NCBI RefSeq assembly: GCF_018350175.1
Contig: NC_058368.1
Coordinates: 204,602,001 to 204,666,000, forward strand
DNA: 64,000 bases
DNA from: Felis catus
Taxonomy: Eukaryota
Reading direction: 5' to 3'
Position 1 is the stretch's first letter. Each line of letters opens with the position of its first letter. The position numbers were made by a program, and so were the translations under genes. The notes beneath the pieces are model-generated. The model made no database searches, was not told the DNA's origin, and saw only the letters and a list, made by a program, of their open reading frames with translations. Below, one piece after another: positions 1 through 13,159 of the stretch.

Positions 1-713
1 CAGAACTATGAGTCTTACTACCACTAAGGACGAAGGTCTGGAGGTCCTCTGGGACTGCAAGTGAAATAGCCCAGGCAGACAGTTAATCTAGTGAGTCAGG
101 CAGAAAAAGGTGGTGGAGTCACGAGGGAGTGAAATGGTACAATTGTCCCTTTTGGAGGCTGGTTTCCCATTGTCCTTAAGCTCTGGAGTAACATCTTAAA
201 GAATCAAAAAAAAAAACAAAAAACAAAAAACAAAAAACAAAAAACAACCTTCTTTCCCCAATAGTACCTTTCTATATGGAGAATTAGCCCTGCCCTTCTC
301 TTTCAAATCCTCAGCCCTCTCCCGTTTCCTCCCTCCAGTATTCACTGTGTTCCAGTGTTTCGTGCTGGCCAAAAGCAAGCTCATCCTGCAAAGAGGGCAT
401 CAGAGGATTCTGGTGGGAGGAAAAGGTAGAGAAAGGGAGAGAAGAGGTTAGAGCGTCTTTTGGAAAACTATAAAATTTGTTCTATACTTATGAAAGCACT
501 TTATTCACGGGTAACCACAATATTTTTATAGCATGTCCAGTGAATGTTAGCACTGAAGGGATATAATTTATTTCTCTATATTTTCCACTCAAGCCCAAGC
601 AAGGAATTTCTGTTTCTGAGCTCATATATATATTATCTTCATTTGTATCTGAGAACTTCTGCTAATAAATAAGTCAAAAACACATGTTTAGCATCATTTG
701 TCTTCTATTTTTC

Positions 714-934
714 TTAAAAAAATTTTTTTAACATGTATTTATTTTTGAGAGAGAGAGAGACAGAGCACGAGTAGGGGAGGGGAAGAGAAAGAGAGGGAGA
801 CACAGAATCCAAAGCAGGCTCCAGGCCGGATCTGTCGGCACAGAGCCCGATGCGGGGCTTGAACTCATGAACCACGAGGTCATGACCTGAGCCGAAGGCA
901 GACACTTAACCCACTGAGCCACACAGGTGTCCCT
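714..934 (-). mobile_element. Can-SINE (SINEC_Fc-like, tRNA-derived)
   Basis: Reverse poly-A, (GA)n and tRNA-like head; TSD CTATTTTTC at 705-713 and 936-944. Confidence 0.92.
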
Positions 935-1729
935 ACTATTTTTCAATCAACTGGGGGTCAGAGATGAAAAATTCTGTCCTCTAGTTATGCATATTTATAT
1001 CTATTCAGACACACATACTTACACATCATATACCAGGCACTGTGCTATGTCGTGGGAAACAATGAAGAACAATACAGATATGGTTCTATACTGTTTTGTC
1101 CACAACCATCCCTTGTCATTCACCTGAGTCTGGAAAGGGACCAGAATGCTTTCTCAACGTATTTCTTCTAGCTGCTCCATTGGCAGCAGATGTTGTTTCA
1201 TAACTTCTTGGTGTATACTACACGACTCGGCTCACCCTTCATTATCCTCTTCTTTGAGCACCAAATTAAGTCTTGGAAGGAACCTAGGAATACATGAGGA
1301 ACTGGAATAAGATTAGGTCATTAGGGCTACAGTTCAAGTGATTAGGAACTTACCTGTGGCAGCTTGTTATCCTCCATCGAGCAGGTGGGAGATTGAACCA
1401 AGAAGCAAGACCAAATTGAGAGCTGGGATCAGCACTGGATACTCATCCCTGGTCATCCTGACAGATCAGGGGAGGCTTATTTAAGCCCATTTAAGTTGGG
1501 TGGGGCTGGATGGGAGAGGCTATAAGGGACTGGGGCTATCTTGGCTCCCAGCCTGTCTCCAATCTTAGATGACTTGACAACAGAGGGAGAGAAGCTAATC
1601 TTGCAGGGGAGAGGTGAGGGGCTTCTAGGAGAACTAGCACAGAAGGCAATGACAGAGACAGAAAAATGTGGTTGGGGAGCATTTATACTGGAAGTAATGA
1701 GACTTGGGAATCATTACATTTCCCTAGAG

Positions 1730-2220
1730 TGGTGATTCTCAGCCCTTGCTGGAGCTATGGTCATCTGGGGAAGCTTCTAGAAATACTAATGCCCAGGCAC
1801 CATGCTTCCAGACTCAATCATTGGTTAGTGTGATGCTTGAGCACTGATGTCTTTAAAGCTCTAGAGGTGGTTCTAACATGTAGCCAAAGTTGAGGACAAA
1901 CAGCATCACCATAACCTGGAACTCGATAGAAATGCAAAATCTTCAGCCACCGATCTACTGAGTCACAATCTGCATTTTAAAGAGATCCCCAGCGTTCTTG
2001 GGTGGCTCTGTGGTTGAGCGCTTGACTCTTGATTATGGCTCAGGTCACGATCCCATGATCCCAGGGTGGTAGGGTTGAGACACTCTTCTGGCCCTCATGG
2101 GGTCTGCCTAAGAATCTCTGTCTTCCTCTGCTCTTCTCCCCCACTCATGCTCTCTCTCTCTCTCAAATTAAAAACATAAAAGAGGTCCCTAAGTGATTTG
2201 TATGCCCATTAAGTTTGATA
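1730..2220. mobile_element. MER5-like hAT-Charlie DNA transposon relics, interrupted by a SINE
   Basis: Motifs such as gtggttctaacatgtagccaaagttgag and agaaatgcaaaatct...ctactgagtcacaatctgcatttt, resuming after the SINE as agtgatttgtatgcccattaagtttga. Confidence 0.6.
1991..2180 (+). mobile_element. Can-SINE (diverged), nested in MER5-like element
   Basis: ttgggtggctctgtggttgagcg head, (CT)n and A-tail; TSD-like aaagagatccc / aaagaggtccc. Confidence 0.8.
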
Positions 2221-5200
2221 ACATTGTTCAAAAGGAAAATGGACTGTGGGCAAATAGGAATTGGCTATTCCTACAGATGGGGCTGGGTGTGCTTCAGCCT
2301 CAGGTTTAGCCTGTCTGCCCTTTTTCATTAATGATGGACCCCTTTTAGCTCCCCCTTCATCATCTTTTCTCTTATTGCTCCTCTTCTGTATTCTTTGAAC
2401 CATTTGCTGTCACCTTGCTCTGTTTACAGCCATCCCTTCTGATCCCCAGGCTTTGTCCTGCCCTTGAATTCATACCAGTGATACGCCAGCACTGGGATAT
2501 GCTCCACCCTTTGGTGTCCACATCTACCCAGGCTGTGTCATCAGGGCTACATCATTCTGTTCATGAGTCTCCCTGAGCCATTCCCAGACCAGAGTCGTGC
2601 CATCATTAATCTGTCATCCTCAGCCTCCACTCAGCAGTATGACTGGCCTGTGTTCCCGTTTCTCTGTGTCCACCTTCTGCTGCCCATTGCTCAAGTTTCT
2701 AATTGCTGCCATTTTGTGGGGTCTCAACTGCCTTCTCTGGTTCCCTCTGTTTTCTAAATTCTTGGGTTTAAGAAATGTCTTTTAGTATTTCACTATACCC
2801 TCATAAAATATGAGCCATTATAGAAGATATCATGAGCATTCAGCATGATCTTTCTGGTGTTCAAGCCAACCTTGTGGGGTCCTGGTGTTTCTTGTCTGGC
2901 TCTCAATCTAGACTAAGAGTGTAAGGAGGATGGGAACCAGGCCTCATTCGTTCATTTTTTGTGTGCCCAGCATTCAACACGGTGCCTAGCATGAAGCAGA
3001 TGCTCAGTGTCTGTGAATTAGACTGTGTTTAATGGACAGAATTGGTTGTTTAATGGACAGAACTACTCCATTAAACATAGAAACAAAGGTACGATCAATC
3101 TATATGCTAGATGGAGGAAAACTATATTTGTTTCCACCAGTGTTTCTGAAAACAGAGACTCAAGAATTAACTGTAGTTATAAGAAGTATAAAGAGATTTC
3201 ACAGTGTATATGATTTAAAGAGTCAAAATTATCTTCTCATAGAACAACCTAAAACTCTGTTCCTATTTTGGTGTTTATTCTTCATTAATGGCTAGTTGTT
3301 ACCTTAAAGAATAGCAATAGAAGCAATAGACATTGACTGAGCACTTTCTTTGTACTAAACACTTTGGAAAGCATTTTACCTGTTGTACCATTATTAACTC
3401 TCTGAGGCAGGTACTCTTACTGGCCCCACTTTGCAGGTGGAGAACTGCCGGAGTCAGGGGTTCTCGAAGGATGAATGGCGTTGGTGAAAAATTGAAAACA
3501 AAACTAAACTAAAATAAAAAACTAAAATAAAAACAAAAAACAAAAATGGACACAGACACACGCAGTGTGTTGATCTGACCGATTTATTGTAGCAAACGTG
3601 GCATTATATTTGCTAGTGATTTCCTTGTAGCATATACATCATCTATGTTTTTCTAACGTTACCTAATTTTAAAAATGTTCCTATGTGGGATCAACCTTTA
3701 AGAAATAACATGGCGATTTTCTCCTAATGTTCCCACATACCCTTTGATTATTGATTAATTTCTTACATTATTCCATTATGCATCTGCGTTTATCTATAAT
3801 CTACAAAGCATTTGCTTTGCTGTTCTCGTGAAAGGCCCTCCATTTCTCAACACCTCAAGTGGAACAGTTACAGGGACATGACCTCCTAACCACATGAGGC
3901 CAGAAGAACAATGTGTTTGCCTCGGTCCGAGGTGCCAGGAAGGGGCTGAAAAAGCCTTAGAAACCCACGCCCCATACATTCTCAGAGAGGCAATGCACCT
4001 AGGAACCGATGAACCATTCTGTACCTTAACCGACTAGGTTCAGTCATCATCTGGAATGCCTCCGGGGGCCAGGCGGGCCTAGGGGTTGAAGTCACCTGTG
4101 CCCAGAGATACACTCCTTAGTTGCCAGAGTGGGGCTTTCAAATCCATATGTCTCTCCTTTACAGGCCCTCTTTGCTGGCAAAGGTATGAGGCTATCCTTC
4201 CTGTAAGTACAGGAGTCTCCATAGAGGATGGCAGGGGCTAAACCTAAGGCCGCACAATTTCTTGCTGAACCTTACTTTCTTTCCTAATGGTTCTTTTCCC
4301 AGGGGGCCTGCCGAGGGCAATTCCCCAACAGACAATACCCCAGGTAGTTTTAAGGCCAAATTACCTAAAAGCAGGAGTACAAGAAGCTTCTCTGTCAGGC
4401 TGCCCTGCAGTCACCAATCCGTCCATAGCCCGGGCCCTGCCACTCAGGGAGAGCTTGGCTTCCAGCAGAAAACCTAAGGTTTTAGAGGTGATACTGACAC
4501 AAAGTTACTAAATATTGAGGCCCATATAGTCTGAATCCCAGAGCCAATGATCTTGTACTTTATTTGCTCACGTGCACATAAACATATTCGTGTTCTTAGA
4601 TTGGAATGTTCAAAAGTAGAAAATGAAAATAGGGAGATGTAAATCAATCTCGAGAGGGATTAGTGTAGATCTGAATTCGACTCCTGCCCCAGAACTAACT
4701 AGTGCTGTAAACTGAACCTCGTGCATAAAACCAGACTAATCTTACCTGGAAGAGATGCCTTAATGAATAGACCATGAACATTCTAGAGCAGACTTTCTAT
4801 GATGGTTGGAAGCTATACCGGCCCCCAAAGGACCTTTCTTTACTAGGTCCTCTACTGAAGTTTGTCCAACTCTGCTTCTGCTCCAACCCATATGACAATC
4901 AATTCACATTGAAAAATATCATCCAGATGGTCCCAGTTACCCCCTCAATTCTATCAGTTCTGGCATTTTGAATCAATGTCACCAAAGATTAATGCCAGCA
5001 TCCGCCATTCTGCCCTTTATTGATTTCTGATATGCTTAGAGGTTTGGAATAAACTTCACCTTATGTCTCTGTCCAGACACACTGCTTCTTTAGGTCTGGA
5101 GACTGACTCTATGGCAAACCTACATGTTACCTGTGGAAAGTGGGCCTGGAATTCTGCAGTGGAGGAGACAGCACCTCAGGTGTTATTAGCCTGGCTATAG

Positions 5201-6041
5201 GAATGTTTTGGGCTGTAGGAGCTACCTTACTACCCCAAGTTGGGTTATCCCTTTCAACAGAGCCCCAAATTGTCCTTGGATTCTTGGACAATTTCTGTGT
5301 TCTGTCGTCCTGGAATTGCTCACGATGTGGATGTTTGCTCAAAGAAAACTACAAACCCTGCCCAGAGTGTCCTGAGCCCCAGCCTGCAGCTGGGGATATG
5401 AATCCCAGGGCAATCAGAGCAACCGAGCCTTGGGAAGCTCTCAGGAGGCCAAGGCCCACCTCTGGGGTGACAAGCCTGCCATCCTCCCCATAGGGCCTTC
5501 CTGGGGCGACCACTAGAAAGAGTGCAGCCTGTAAGGCAAGTGCCACTGGCCACGGTGCTCCAGTCCAGATGCCAGCAGTTCATTCGGGTTGTACAAGGCC
5601 TGGTGATTTCCAGGGGAGAAAGAAAGGAAGGAAAGGGGGAGACTCTAAGCAACACGATGGATGTTATTGTGCTGCCCTGGCCTTTACTGAGAACTGGGAA
5701 GCAGATAAGTCAGCAGAGTGGTGACTTGGCTCAGGATTTATAAGGAAAAACCATGCCTTGGATGGTTCGGTGAAGAAAGAAAGAAGAGGTAGCTTATTTG
5801 CCTGGTTCCCTGATGTCTCCATTTTTCATTGGTTCAATTTTATCCTTAGGGGAGCTGACTGTATTGCACTTTGGATTGTTTCATCCTGGATTCCAGGCTT
5901 TTCAGAATGTTATATCCCATACCTGGTGGCCCAGTGTTTCATCTAAGACCCAAGGTGGCATGGCACCAAGTAGGAGAAAAATGGGGTAGTTGACGGTGTC
6001 TAAGAAGATGTGTAAGTTTGTGTCTTAAAACTTTACCCCTT

Positions 6042-6264
6042 AAGGGAAACAAAAATAATATAAAAACAGGGAGGGGGACAAAACATAAGAGACTCTTAAA
6101 TGTGGAGAACACACAGAGGGTTACTGGAGGGACTGTGGGAGGGGAGATGGGCTAAATGGGTAAGGGGCATTAAGGAATCTACTCCTGAAATCATTGTTGC
6201 ACTATATCCTTACTACTTTGGATGTAAATTTAAAAAAAAAAAAATAAAAAACAAAACAAAACAA
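6042..6264 (+). mobile_element. 5'-truncated felid LINE-1 3' end
   Basis: L1 3' UTR (cataagagactcttaaa...G-rich tract...poly-A); perfect 15-bp TSD AAAACTTTACCCCTT at 6027-6041 and 6265-6279. Confidence 0.88.
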
Positions 6265-7047
6265 AAAACTTTACCCCTTTTCCCACTTAGATCCACTCAT
6301 ACCTTCCCAATATATGCAGCTCCCAAACCACAATAAAGGGCTTCCCTTTCTTCTTTGGGAACAAAAATGTCCTCACTCTTTGCCTGTAAGGAGTTCAGGT
6401 CCAACCAGCCACAGATTCTTCTTCAAGGCAGGTAATCATGATCTCCTGGAAGAGGAAGGCAAGAGTAAAAACAAGGAACATTCTCCACTTCTTGGTTGGT
6501 CTCAACGCAATCAAACAGCTCCCCAGTTCTGCCACCAGGTGGAGCCATTGCACCCTCTTATTTTTTCCAGAAGGCAGCCTGTTTGGCAAATTTTCATTTT
6601 GTGATGTCTTCCTTAAGTTAATGGGCGGCACTGAAACTTTTAAGCAGAAAAAGGGCATGCTCAAAATCAAATAAAAGAGTATGGTGGCATTTCTATGGAG
6701 GATGGATTGAAGGAGGCCATGACATCAATAAGGAAAATTGTTAGGAATTTACTGAAATAGTCTGGGTGATAGGTTATTGCAGGTTTGAATTTGGACCATA
6801 GTAGTGGGTATAGAGAACAGGCCACAGGAGTCTATAGCACATAAAATAGTTAGGTCTCGGTGATGAACTGACATAACTTGATATAATTGGATTTATATCT
6901 ACCATCTTAATATTTGTTTTCTATTTGGCCCATAAATTTAGTTCCATTTCTCCTTCTTTTTTTTTAATCTTTTGGAATATCCAGACATTTTTATCCTTCC
7001 AATGTTTTCTTCTATTCACTTATTGGTTATACATTATTTTACTATTC

Positions 7048-7266
7048 TTTTTTTTTTAATTTTTTTTAACGTTTATTTTTGAGACAGACAGAGACAGAGC
7101 ATGAATGGGGGAGGGTCAGAGAGAGAGGGAGACACAGAATCCGAAGCAGGCTCCAGGCTCTGAGCTGTCAGCACAGAGCCCGACGCGGGGCTGGAACTCA
7201 CGGACTGTGAGATCATGACCTGAGCCGAAGTCGGACGCTCAACCGACTGAGCCACCCAGGCGCCCC
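7048..7266 (-). mobile_element. Can-SINE (SINEC_Fc)
   Basis: Full length, ends ...gagccacccaggcgcccc; TSD ACTATTCTTTT. Confidence 0.93.
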
Positions 7267-8036
7267 AACTATTCTTTTAGTGATTATGCAAGGGATAAAA
7301 ATATTCAAACTAGACTTATTTAGTCTAATAGATATTATTGATTTTATGGTTTTCCTTTTTTTTTTTTTTAAGTAACATCAATATCTGGATCATCTGTGGG
7401 TTTAGTTCTATTATCTGTTTTTTTTCCACTTAGTTATGGATTTGCCTTATTACCTATCATTTTGTTGTATGCCAAAAGCATGAAAAAGAGATAGATGGAG
7501 CCTCCATATAATGTGATCTTCCACCAGAGAGGGCTCCCTCTCTGCTCCTTAGGCAGATAGAATGAAGGCTTATCAATGTTTGAGGAAAGATGAGGCTGGG
7601 CTCAAGACTTTGCTGCACTTTCAAAGAAGGTCCTTTTCATTGAGAGCCATGCTAATCTCCAACTTCAGCCCTAAAAGACTGAAGGAGATCTGGCTCTCTT
7701 CTTCAGAAGTTCTCATCCCAGCTCTAGAGTCTCCTGCTCTATGCAGCTCCTATCAGGTATCTGGGGGGAGAGAGTGGCCATGGGCTTGAGACAGGCCTTC
7801 CCTGCTCACGGGTCATGTTTCCTGAAAGGGACAAAACACTCTGCCTTCTAGAAGCTTTCTGGATAGTTTCTCAGCCTCTCATGAATTTAGCAAATGTCAC
7901 TTAAGGAGAAAAGGCTATGTATTTGAGGCACATCAAGTTTTACATTTGCCATTTTAATATTTCTATTTGCCTGCAGAATTGGCCTGTGCCATGGTAGAGC
8001 CTGTTGTCTCCACTCAGAATTGGTAAATCCTCTGTG

Positions 8037-8037
<1 letters not shown>

Positions 8038-8068
<31 letters not shown>
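8038..8068. repeat. (GT)n microsatellite
   Basis: About 15 GT units. Confidence 0.95.
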
Positions 8069-8069
<1 letters not shown>

Positions 8070-8900
8070 GAGGGGAGGTGGCTGACACTGTCAACATATC
8101 TCAGAACAGTTCTGTTTTCCCTGGAATGTTAGCTCATCTGCTTTTCTTTGATTTGACAGATCTCCAAGTCCCTTTTCCAGTGTGCCCTTGTTACTGAGCT
8201 GTTCTGACACTGGTCGCCTGACTGCTTCTTCCACTTCCTGTTTTTCTCTGAAAAGCATGTGTGAAGTCTTGGCTTTTGGCCACGATTCAGAGACTGACTT
8301 AAAGCACATTTCACTGGAAAAGCACAAGTGACATTTCAGTAAAAGAGCAACATTTTTGAACATCAGAGGGGGAGGTCAGCTCCTGACTTGTTGCCTGGGA
8401 GTTCATTTCTCTCTGGGACCTACCTTCCAAGTCCCCACCTGCACGTTGGTAGTCTCTCAGTCACCTGCACTAACATTCGTTGGGCACATACTAGGTGCCA
8501 GGCCCAGTTATAGGTGTTGAGGATGTAGAATTTAACAGTTCAAAATCTCCTTGTCTGTATGGAGCTTATGTTCTAGCAGAGGAGAAAGAGCGATGAACAA
8601 ATGTGTGTATCCTATAATGTCAGGATAAGTAAGAAGGAATATAAAAATATATGAGTAGGATGGAAAGGAAGAAGAATAAGGGTGGTGATTTAAGATAGAG
8701 GAGTCAGGAAAAGTCTCTCTGGGAAGGTGACATATGAGCAGAGATTGAACTATGGGAGACTGTGAATCCTATGAATATCTAGGGAGAAAATGTTCTAGAC
8801 AAACAGGACAACAAACACAAGGGTGAGTTTGGCCCATCCTAGGAAAAGCAAGGAGGTCATTCTGGCCAGACTGAAGGGAAAAAGGCAAAGAGTGAAAGGA

Positions 8901-9103
8901 GGGGTGCCTGGGTGGTTCAGTCAGTTAAGCATCTGGCTCTCGATTTCAGCTCAGGTCATGATCTCACGTTTCATGGGACTGAGCCCCATGTTGAGCTCTG
9001 TGCTGAGCATGGAGTCTCCTTGGGATTCTCTCTCCCTCTGTCTCTGCCCCTCCTCTGCTCATGTGTTCTCTCTCTCAAAATAAATAAATAAACATTAAAA
9101 AAA
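8901..9103 (+). mobile_element. Can-SINE
   Basis: ggggtgcctgggtggttcagtcagttaagc head, (CT)n, A-tail; TSD-like aaagagtgaaagga / aaagagtaaaagga. Confidence 0.9.
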
Positions 9104-9249
9104 GAGTAAAAGGAGATAAAGCTGGAGAAATAAGCAAGATCCACATTGGTGATCTTCTAGGACATGGTGAGGAATTATGAGAAGCCATTGAAGCAGGGAT
9201 GAGATAAGATGTAACTTATGCTTTGGAAAGAGCATTTTTCTTCTCAGAT

Positions 9250-9683
9250 ATTTATATAAATTCCAGTTAGTTAACATATAGTGCAATACTGGTTTCAGAA
9301 GTAGAGTTTAGTGATTCATCACTTACGTGTAACACCCAGTGCACATCATAACAAGTGCCCTCTCTAATATCCATCTAGCCCATTCCCCACCCACCTCCCC
9401 TCCAGCAACCCCCAGTTTGTTTTTTATCTTTGTTTTATTTATTATTTTTAAAGGTTTAATGTTTTATTATTTATTTTTGAGAGAGAGAGAGAGCGAGAGA
9501 GCAGGGGAAGGGCAGAGAGAGAGGGAAACACAGAATCCAAAGCAGGCTTCAGACTCTGAGCTGTCAGCACAGAGTCCCATGTGGGGCTCGAACTCACAGA
9601 CCGCGAGATCATGACCTGAGCTGAAGTCGAACGCTCAACTGACTGAGCCACCCAGGCGCCCCTGTTCTTTACCTTTAAGAGTC
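9250..9683 (-). mobile_element. Carnivore L1 3' fragment with nested Can-SINE (9432-9662, minus)
   Basis: L1 3' UTR (gtgattcatcacttac...aacacccagtgc) broken by a full SINE, then resumes as tttaagagtc. Confidence 0.85.
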
Positions 9684-10634
9684 GAGAGAACATTCTTTCT
9701 ATCTGAAGATCTGACCAGTGAGGAGTGAAAAAGGAACCAGGGAGTACAGGTGAAGGGCTACTGTCACAATGTAGGTGGACAAGGATGGTTTCTTCAGTCT
9801 AGATGGTAGCAGTGGAAGTGGTAAAATGGGGTGAATTTGAAATAAAATTTGAAGGTAGAGTGAATAGAAATTTCTGATGAATTGAATGTGAGATATGAAG
9901 AAAAGAGTTAAAAAAAAGTGTCCTATATTTTGATTCTGAACAACTGGGTGAATATTTGGGCCATTTATTGAAAGGAGGAAGGCTGGAGGGAGGGCTAGGG
10001 TGAGGGTTTCACAAAATACCGACAGCTGGAGACATGAGGCGGGAGTTCAGGGGACAGATCAGGGTAAAGATGTGGGTTTGAGATTCTCCAGTATCTAGAT
10101 GTATGTAAAGCTCTGGTTCTGAGTGAGACCGTCTAAGGGGAGGAAAGAAGATAGACGAGAGGGTTGAAGACTGAGCCCCAAGATGTTGGAAGAAGGAAGA
10201 GGTACCTGAACGAGATCAAGTTCAGGGGAGTGGTAGGAGTGACCACTTAATCGTTGTGTGTTGAAACCACAATCAGTAAGAAAGTGGAGGTCTAAGTATA
10301 GGCAACTCTATTTAGACATTTTGCTCTAAAGGAAAGCTGAGAAATGAAGCAGCGGTTGGAGGGAGATGAGGGGCCTAAGGAGCGATCTTTGGCGCTTATC
10401 GGGAGAGATATTGCAACACGGTTCCCTTTTCAGAGCTCAGGTTTAAGGGCAAATGTACAGGACTTGTTGGACAGAGCTCTGCTCCTGGCAGAGGCACAAA
10501 GAGGAGACTTTTGCTGGAGAACTTAGATTCGCCGGAAGGGATGGAGCCTATTGGCTGCAGCAGCGTAAACAACACCACTGGGCAAATTGAGCTGAGCAGA
10601 TCTCCATTTTGTCCTGAAGTTTCACGGTGAACAT

Positions 10635-10758
10635 TTTTTTTTAAGTTTGTTTGTTTGTTTATTTATTTTTAGTAATCTCTACGCCCAACATGGGGCTGGA
10701 ACTCATGACCCTGAGATCAAGTCACATGCTCCTCCAACTGAACCAGCCAGGGTACCCC
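10635..10758 (-). mobile_element. Short older Can-SINE
   Basis: agtaatctctacgcccaacatggggctggaactcatgaccctgagatcaag... short-type SINE. Confidence 0.8.
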
Positions 10759-11619
10759 TGATAGTGAACTTCTAATTGGGTAGCCCAATCATGTAGCCTT
10801 CAGCAACCCCACATGTGTTATCCCCCCCGTTATTGGTGAAATTGGGTCTAAGCAGCTGATGGGTGGGTTTGAGGTCTATGGACTATGCTAGGGCAGCGGG
10901 GGCTGTGTGCCGGGTGAGTGCAAGGACAAAGGGCACATCCATGGGCCTCTTTCTCCAGAGGAGATAACAAGGGGGGACCTACTGGTACTATTCTCTCCAT
11001 CTCTTCACCTTCTCTTACACTTCTTTGCCTTGTTTTTGGAGAAGATGTAGAAACAGCCCTTTATATCCCTGTCACACGAGAAAAGTAAATTAAAATGCAC
11101 TGACATCATCTGAGGTCATAAGAATCCCATTAGAGAGGGTGATTAAAGCATCCGAATGAGAATAGAATACCCCAGTTATCTTATGTTGTTGTGGAAATTG
11201 CACTAAACTAAAATCACGGTGTGACCTTGATTGAGCGTGTTATCTTTGGGCTGACGTTTCTTCACTTACAAAATGAAAGTTTCGGTAGGACAAGACAATG
11301 TCTAAAGTCCTAGCTGCTTAACAGTTTCTGGCTCTATGATGTATACATTTTGAAGTTGTGGTGTGAATAGAGCTGGGGTTCTTAACGTTGGCTACACATT
11401 AGAATCATCCAGAGGAGTTTTAAAAGTTCTTGACCCCAGGATGCAGGCATCGTATCCTTTGTGCATAAAGCCTGTCCGTCACCTGACCGCACCATGCAGG
11501 ACCTGAGGCTGAGCAGCAGGGCTTGGGAGCCTGGCTATGCCCAGCGTGCTTCATGAACCCAGAGAGGCGTCCCTTGACTGCTAATTAGACACACAGACCT
11601 ACTGAATTAGAATTTGCCT

Positions 11620-11885
11620 TAAAAAAAATTGTCAAGGTAGCTAACATACAGTGTAGTCTTGCCTTCAGGAGTAGATTCCCGTGATTCATCACTTACATAC
11701 AACACCCAGTGCTCATCCTAACAAGTACCCTCTTCAATGCCCATCACCCATTTTCCCCATGTCCCAACCCGCATCAACCCTCGGTTTTTTCTCTGTATTT
11801 AAGAATCTTTATGGTTTCCCTCCATCTCTGTTTGTATCTTACTTTTCCTTACTTTCCCCTATGGTCATCTGTTAAGTTTCTCAAG
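11620..11885 (-). mobile_element. Carnivore L1 3' fragment inside a MER5-like relic
   Basis: agctaacatacagtgtagtcttg...gtgattcatcacttacatacaacacccagtgctcatcc...ttaagtttctc. Confidence 0.8.
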
Positions 11886-12128
11886 ATTTCAAGGAGATTC
11901 ACCTGCGCAGGAAAGTTGGGGAGGCTGTTTTAAGAGCTTTGCTGACACCCACTGGAGACAGCAAATTTTGAGTTCCCCAAAATGAGTTTTAAAATCCCAT
12001 TGCAATACCAAGTATCGCTGTGGTAAGTCAAATTTGTGAAAAACCAGTTTTGTGAATCCTGAGAACAATGTCTAAAGGAATGACCATGCACTTCTTAAGA
12101 GTAAATAGTGAATACAAGAAACATGACA

Positions 12129-12355
12129 GGGGCGCCTGGGTGGCGCAGTCGGTTAAGCGTCCGACTTCAGCCAGGTCACGATCTCGCGGTCCGGGAGTTC
12201 GAGCCCCGCGTCGGGCTCTGGGCTGATGGCTCAGAGCCTGGAGCCTGTTTCCGATTCTGTGTCTCCCTCTCTCTCTGCCCCTCCCCCGTTCGTGCTCTGT
12301 CTCTCTCTGTCCCAAAAATAAATAAACGTTGAAAAAAAAATAAAAAAAAAAAAAA
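12129..12355 (+). mobile_element. Young SINEC_Fc
   Basis: CpG-rich near-consensus body, long A-tail, perfect TSD AAGAAACATGACA at 12116-12128 and 12356-12368. Confidence 0.96.
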
Positions 12356-12756
12356 AAGAAACATGACAAATGTATTCCCTTTACTAGAAAAGAAAAATGA
12401 AAATTGCTGGTGAAAGCACCCGCCTTCTGTAAATATATGCCAAGATTTAGCTTTTTGCATGCAGATTTTTTTTTTCAGTTTAATTTCTGGTATTAAAAAA
12501 AGCACCAGAATTAGAAATAATTCAAGTGTTTTCCAAGGGGGGGAATGGTTAAATAATTACTACCTCCACTCAATGATTTTCAAGAAGATACAGTGAGGTT
12601 TTGGAATCATGAAAAAAGACAGCAGTCAAGATTTAGTAAAAAAAAAAAAAAAGATAGGTGCACATTTGTACACAATGTGATGTACAATGTGAAAAATAAA
12701 CAACGCAAAACAAGCCCAAGGGCACCTTGCTGGCTCATCAGGAGAGGACGCGACCC

Positions 12757-13157
12757 TGTGGGCTCAAGAGGAACTTTTGCTTCTCTCTTAACTACACAGA
12801 AGAATCTAAATTGGGGGTCTTTCCCAGAATAAGGGTTATTAGCAGAGACAACTTTGATATGAGTGACCCGCCCGTATGATAGGACAAACATCTAATTCCC
12901 AAACATCAGCTCTTCTTATGGCTCCGTGAGGTGCATTCCTTTCCTCTGGAGTCCCAGACCCCACATCCTTCTCCTTAGTTCAAGATGACATATAGACCTC
13001 ATTCTCCCAACTGTCTTTGGAATTTTCATGTCACTGTGGATTCCTTGTACGTACACTCTTAAATTTGATCGTTTCCTGTTGCTCTGCCTCATGTCTTTTG
13101 GATCCTTAGTCCAGCTAGAAGAACCTTTGAGAGGACGGGAATTCTTGCTCCCTGACA
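12757..13157 (+). mobile_element. ERV1-class LTR (MER34-like)
   Basis: TG...CA ends; 3' part ttaaatttg...cctgttgctctgcctcatgtc...ccagctagaagaacct...ttcttgctccctgaca resembles the MER34-group U5. Confidence 0.55.
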
Positions 13158-13159
13158 CT

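Larger units (their letters stand above)
8460..10360 (-). mobile_element. Fragmented LINE-2 relic interrupted by SINE/L1 insertions
   Basis: L2-like phrases (ctaggtgccaggccc...atggagcttatgttctag; gggaaggtgacatatgagcagaga; gatggtagcagtggaagtgg; gaagactgagccc). Confidence 0.55.

Noticed and set aside
3026..3062. Short tandem duplication TGTTTAATGGACAGAA x2 (similar ones near 55461-55501 and 59225-59262)
   Set aside because: Ordinary local slippage duplications with no further structure.
12129..12205. tRNA gene-like A/B boxes at SINE heads
   Set aside because: tRNA-derived SINE promoters followed by SINE body, (CT)n and poly-A; not tRNA genes.
12028..12505. Overlapping 74-113 aa ORFs
   Set aside because: Translations of the SINEC_Fc element; similar peptides recur at other SINE copies.
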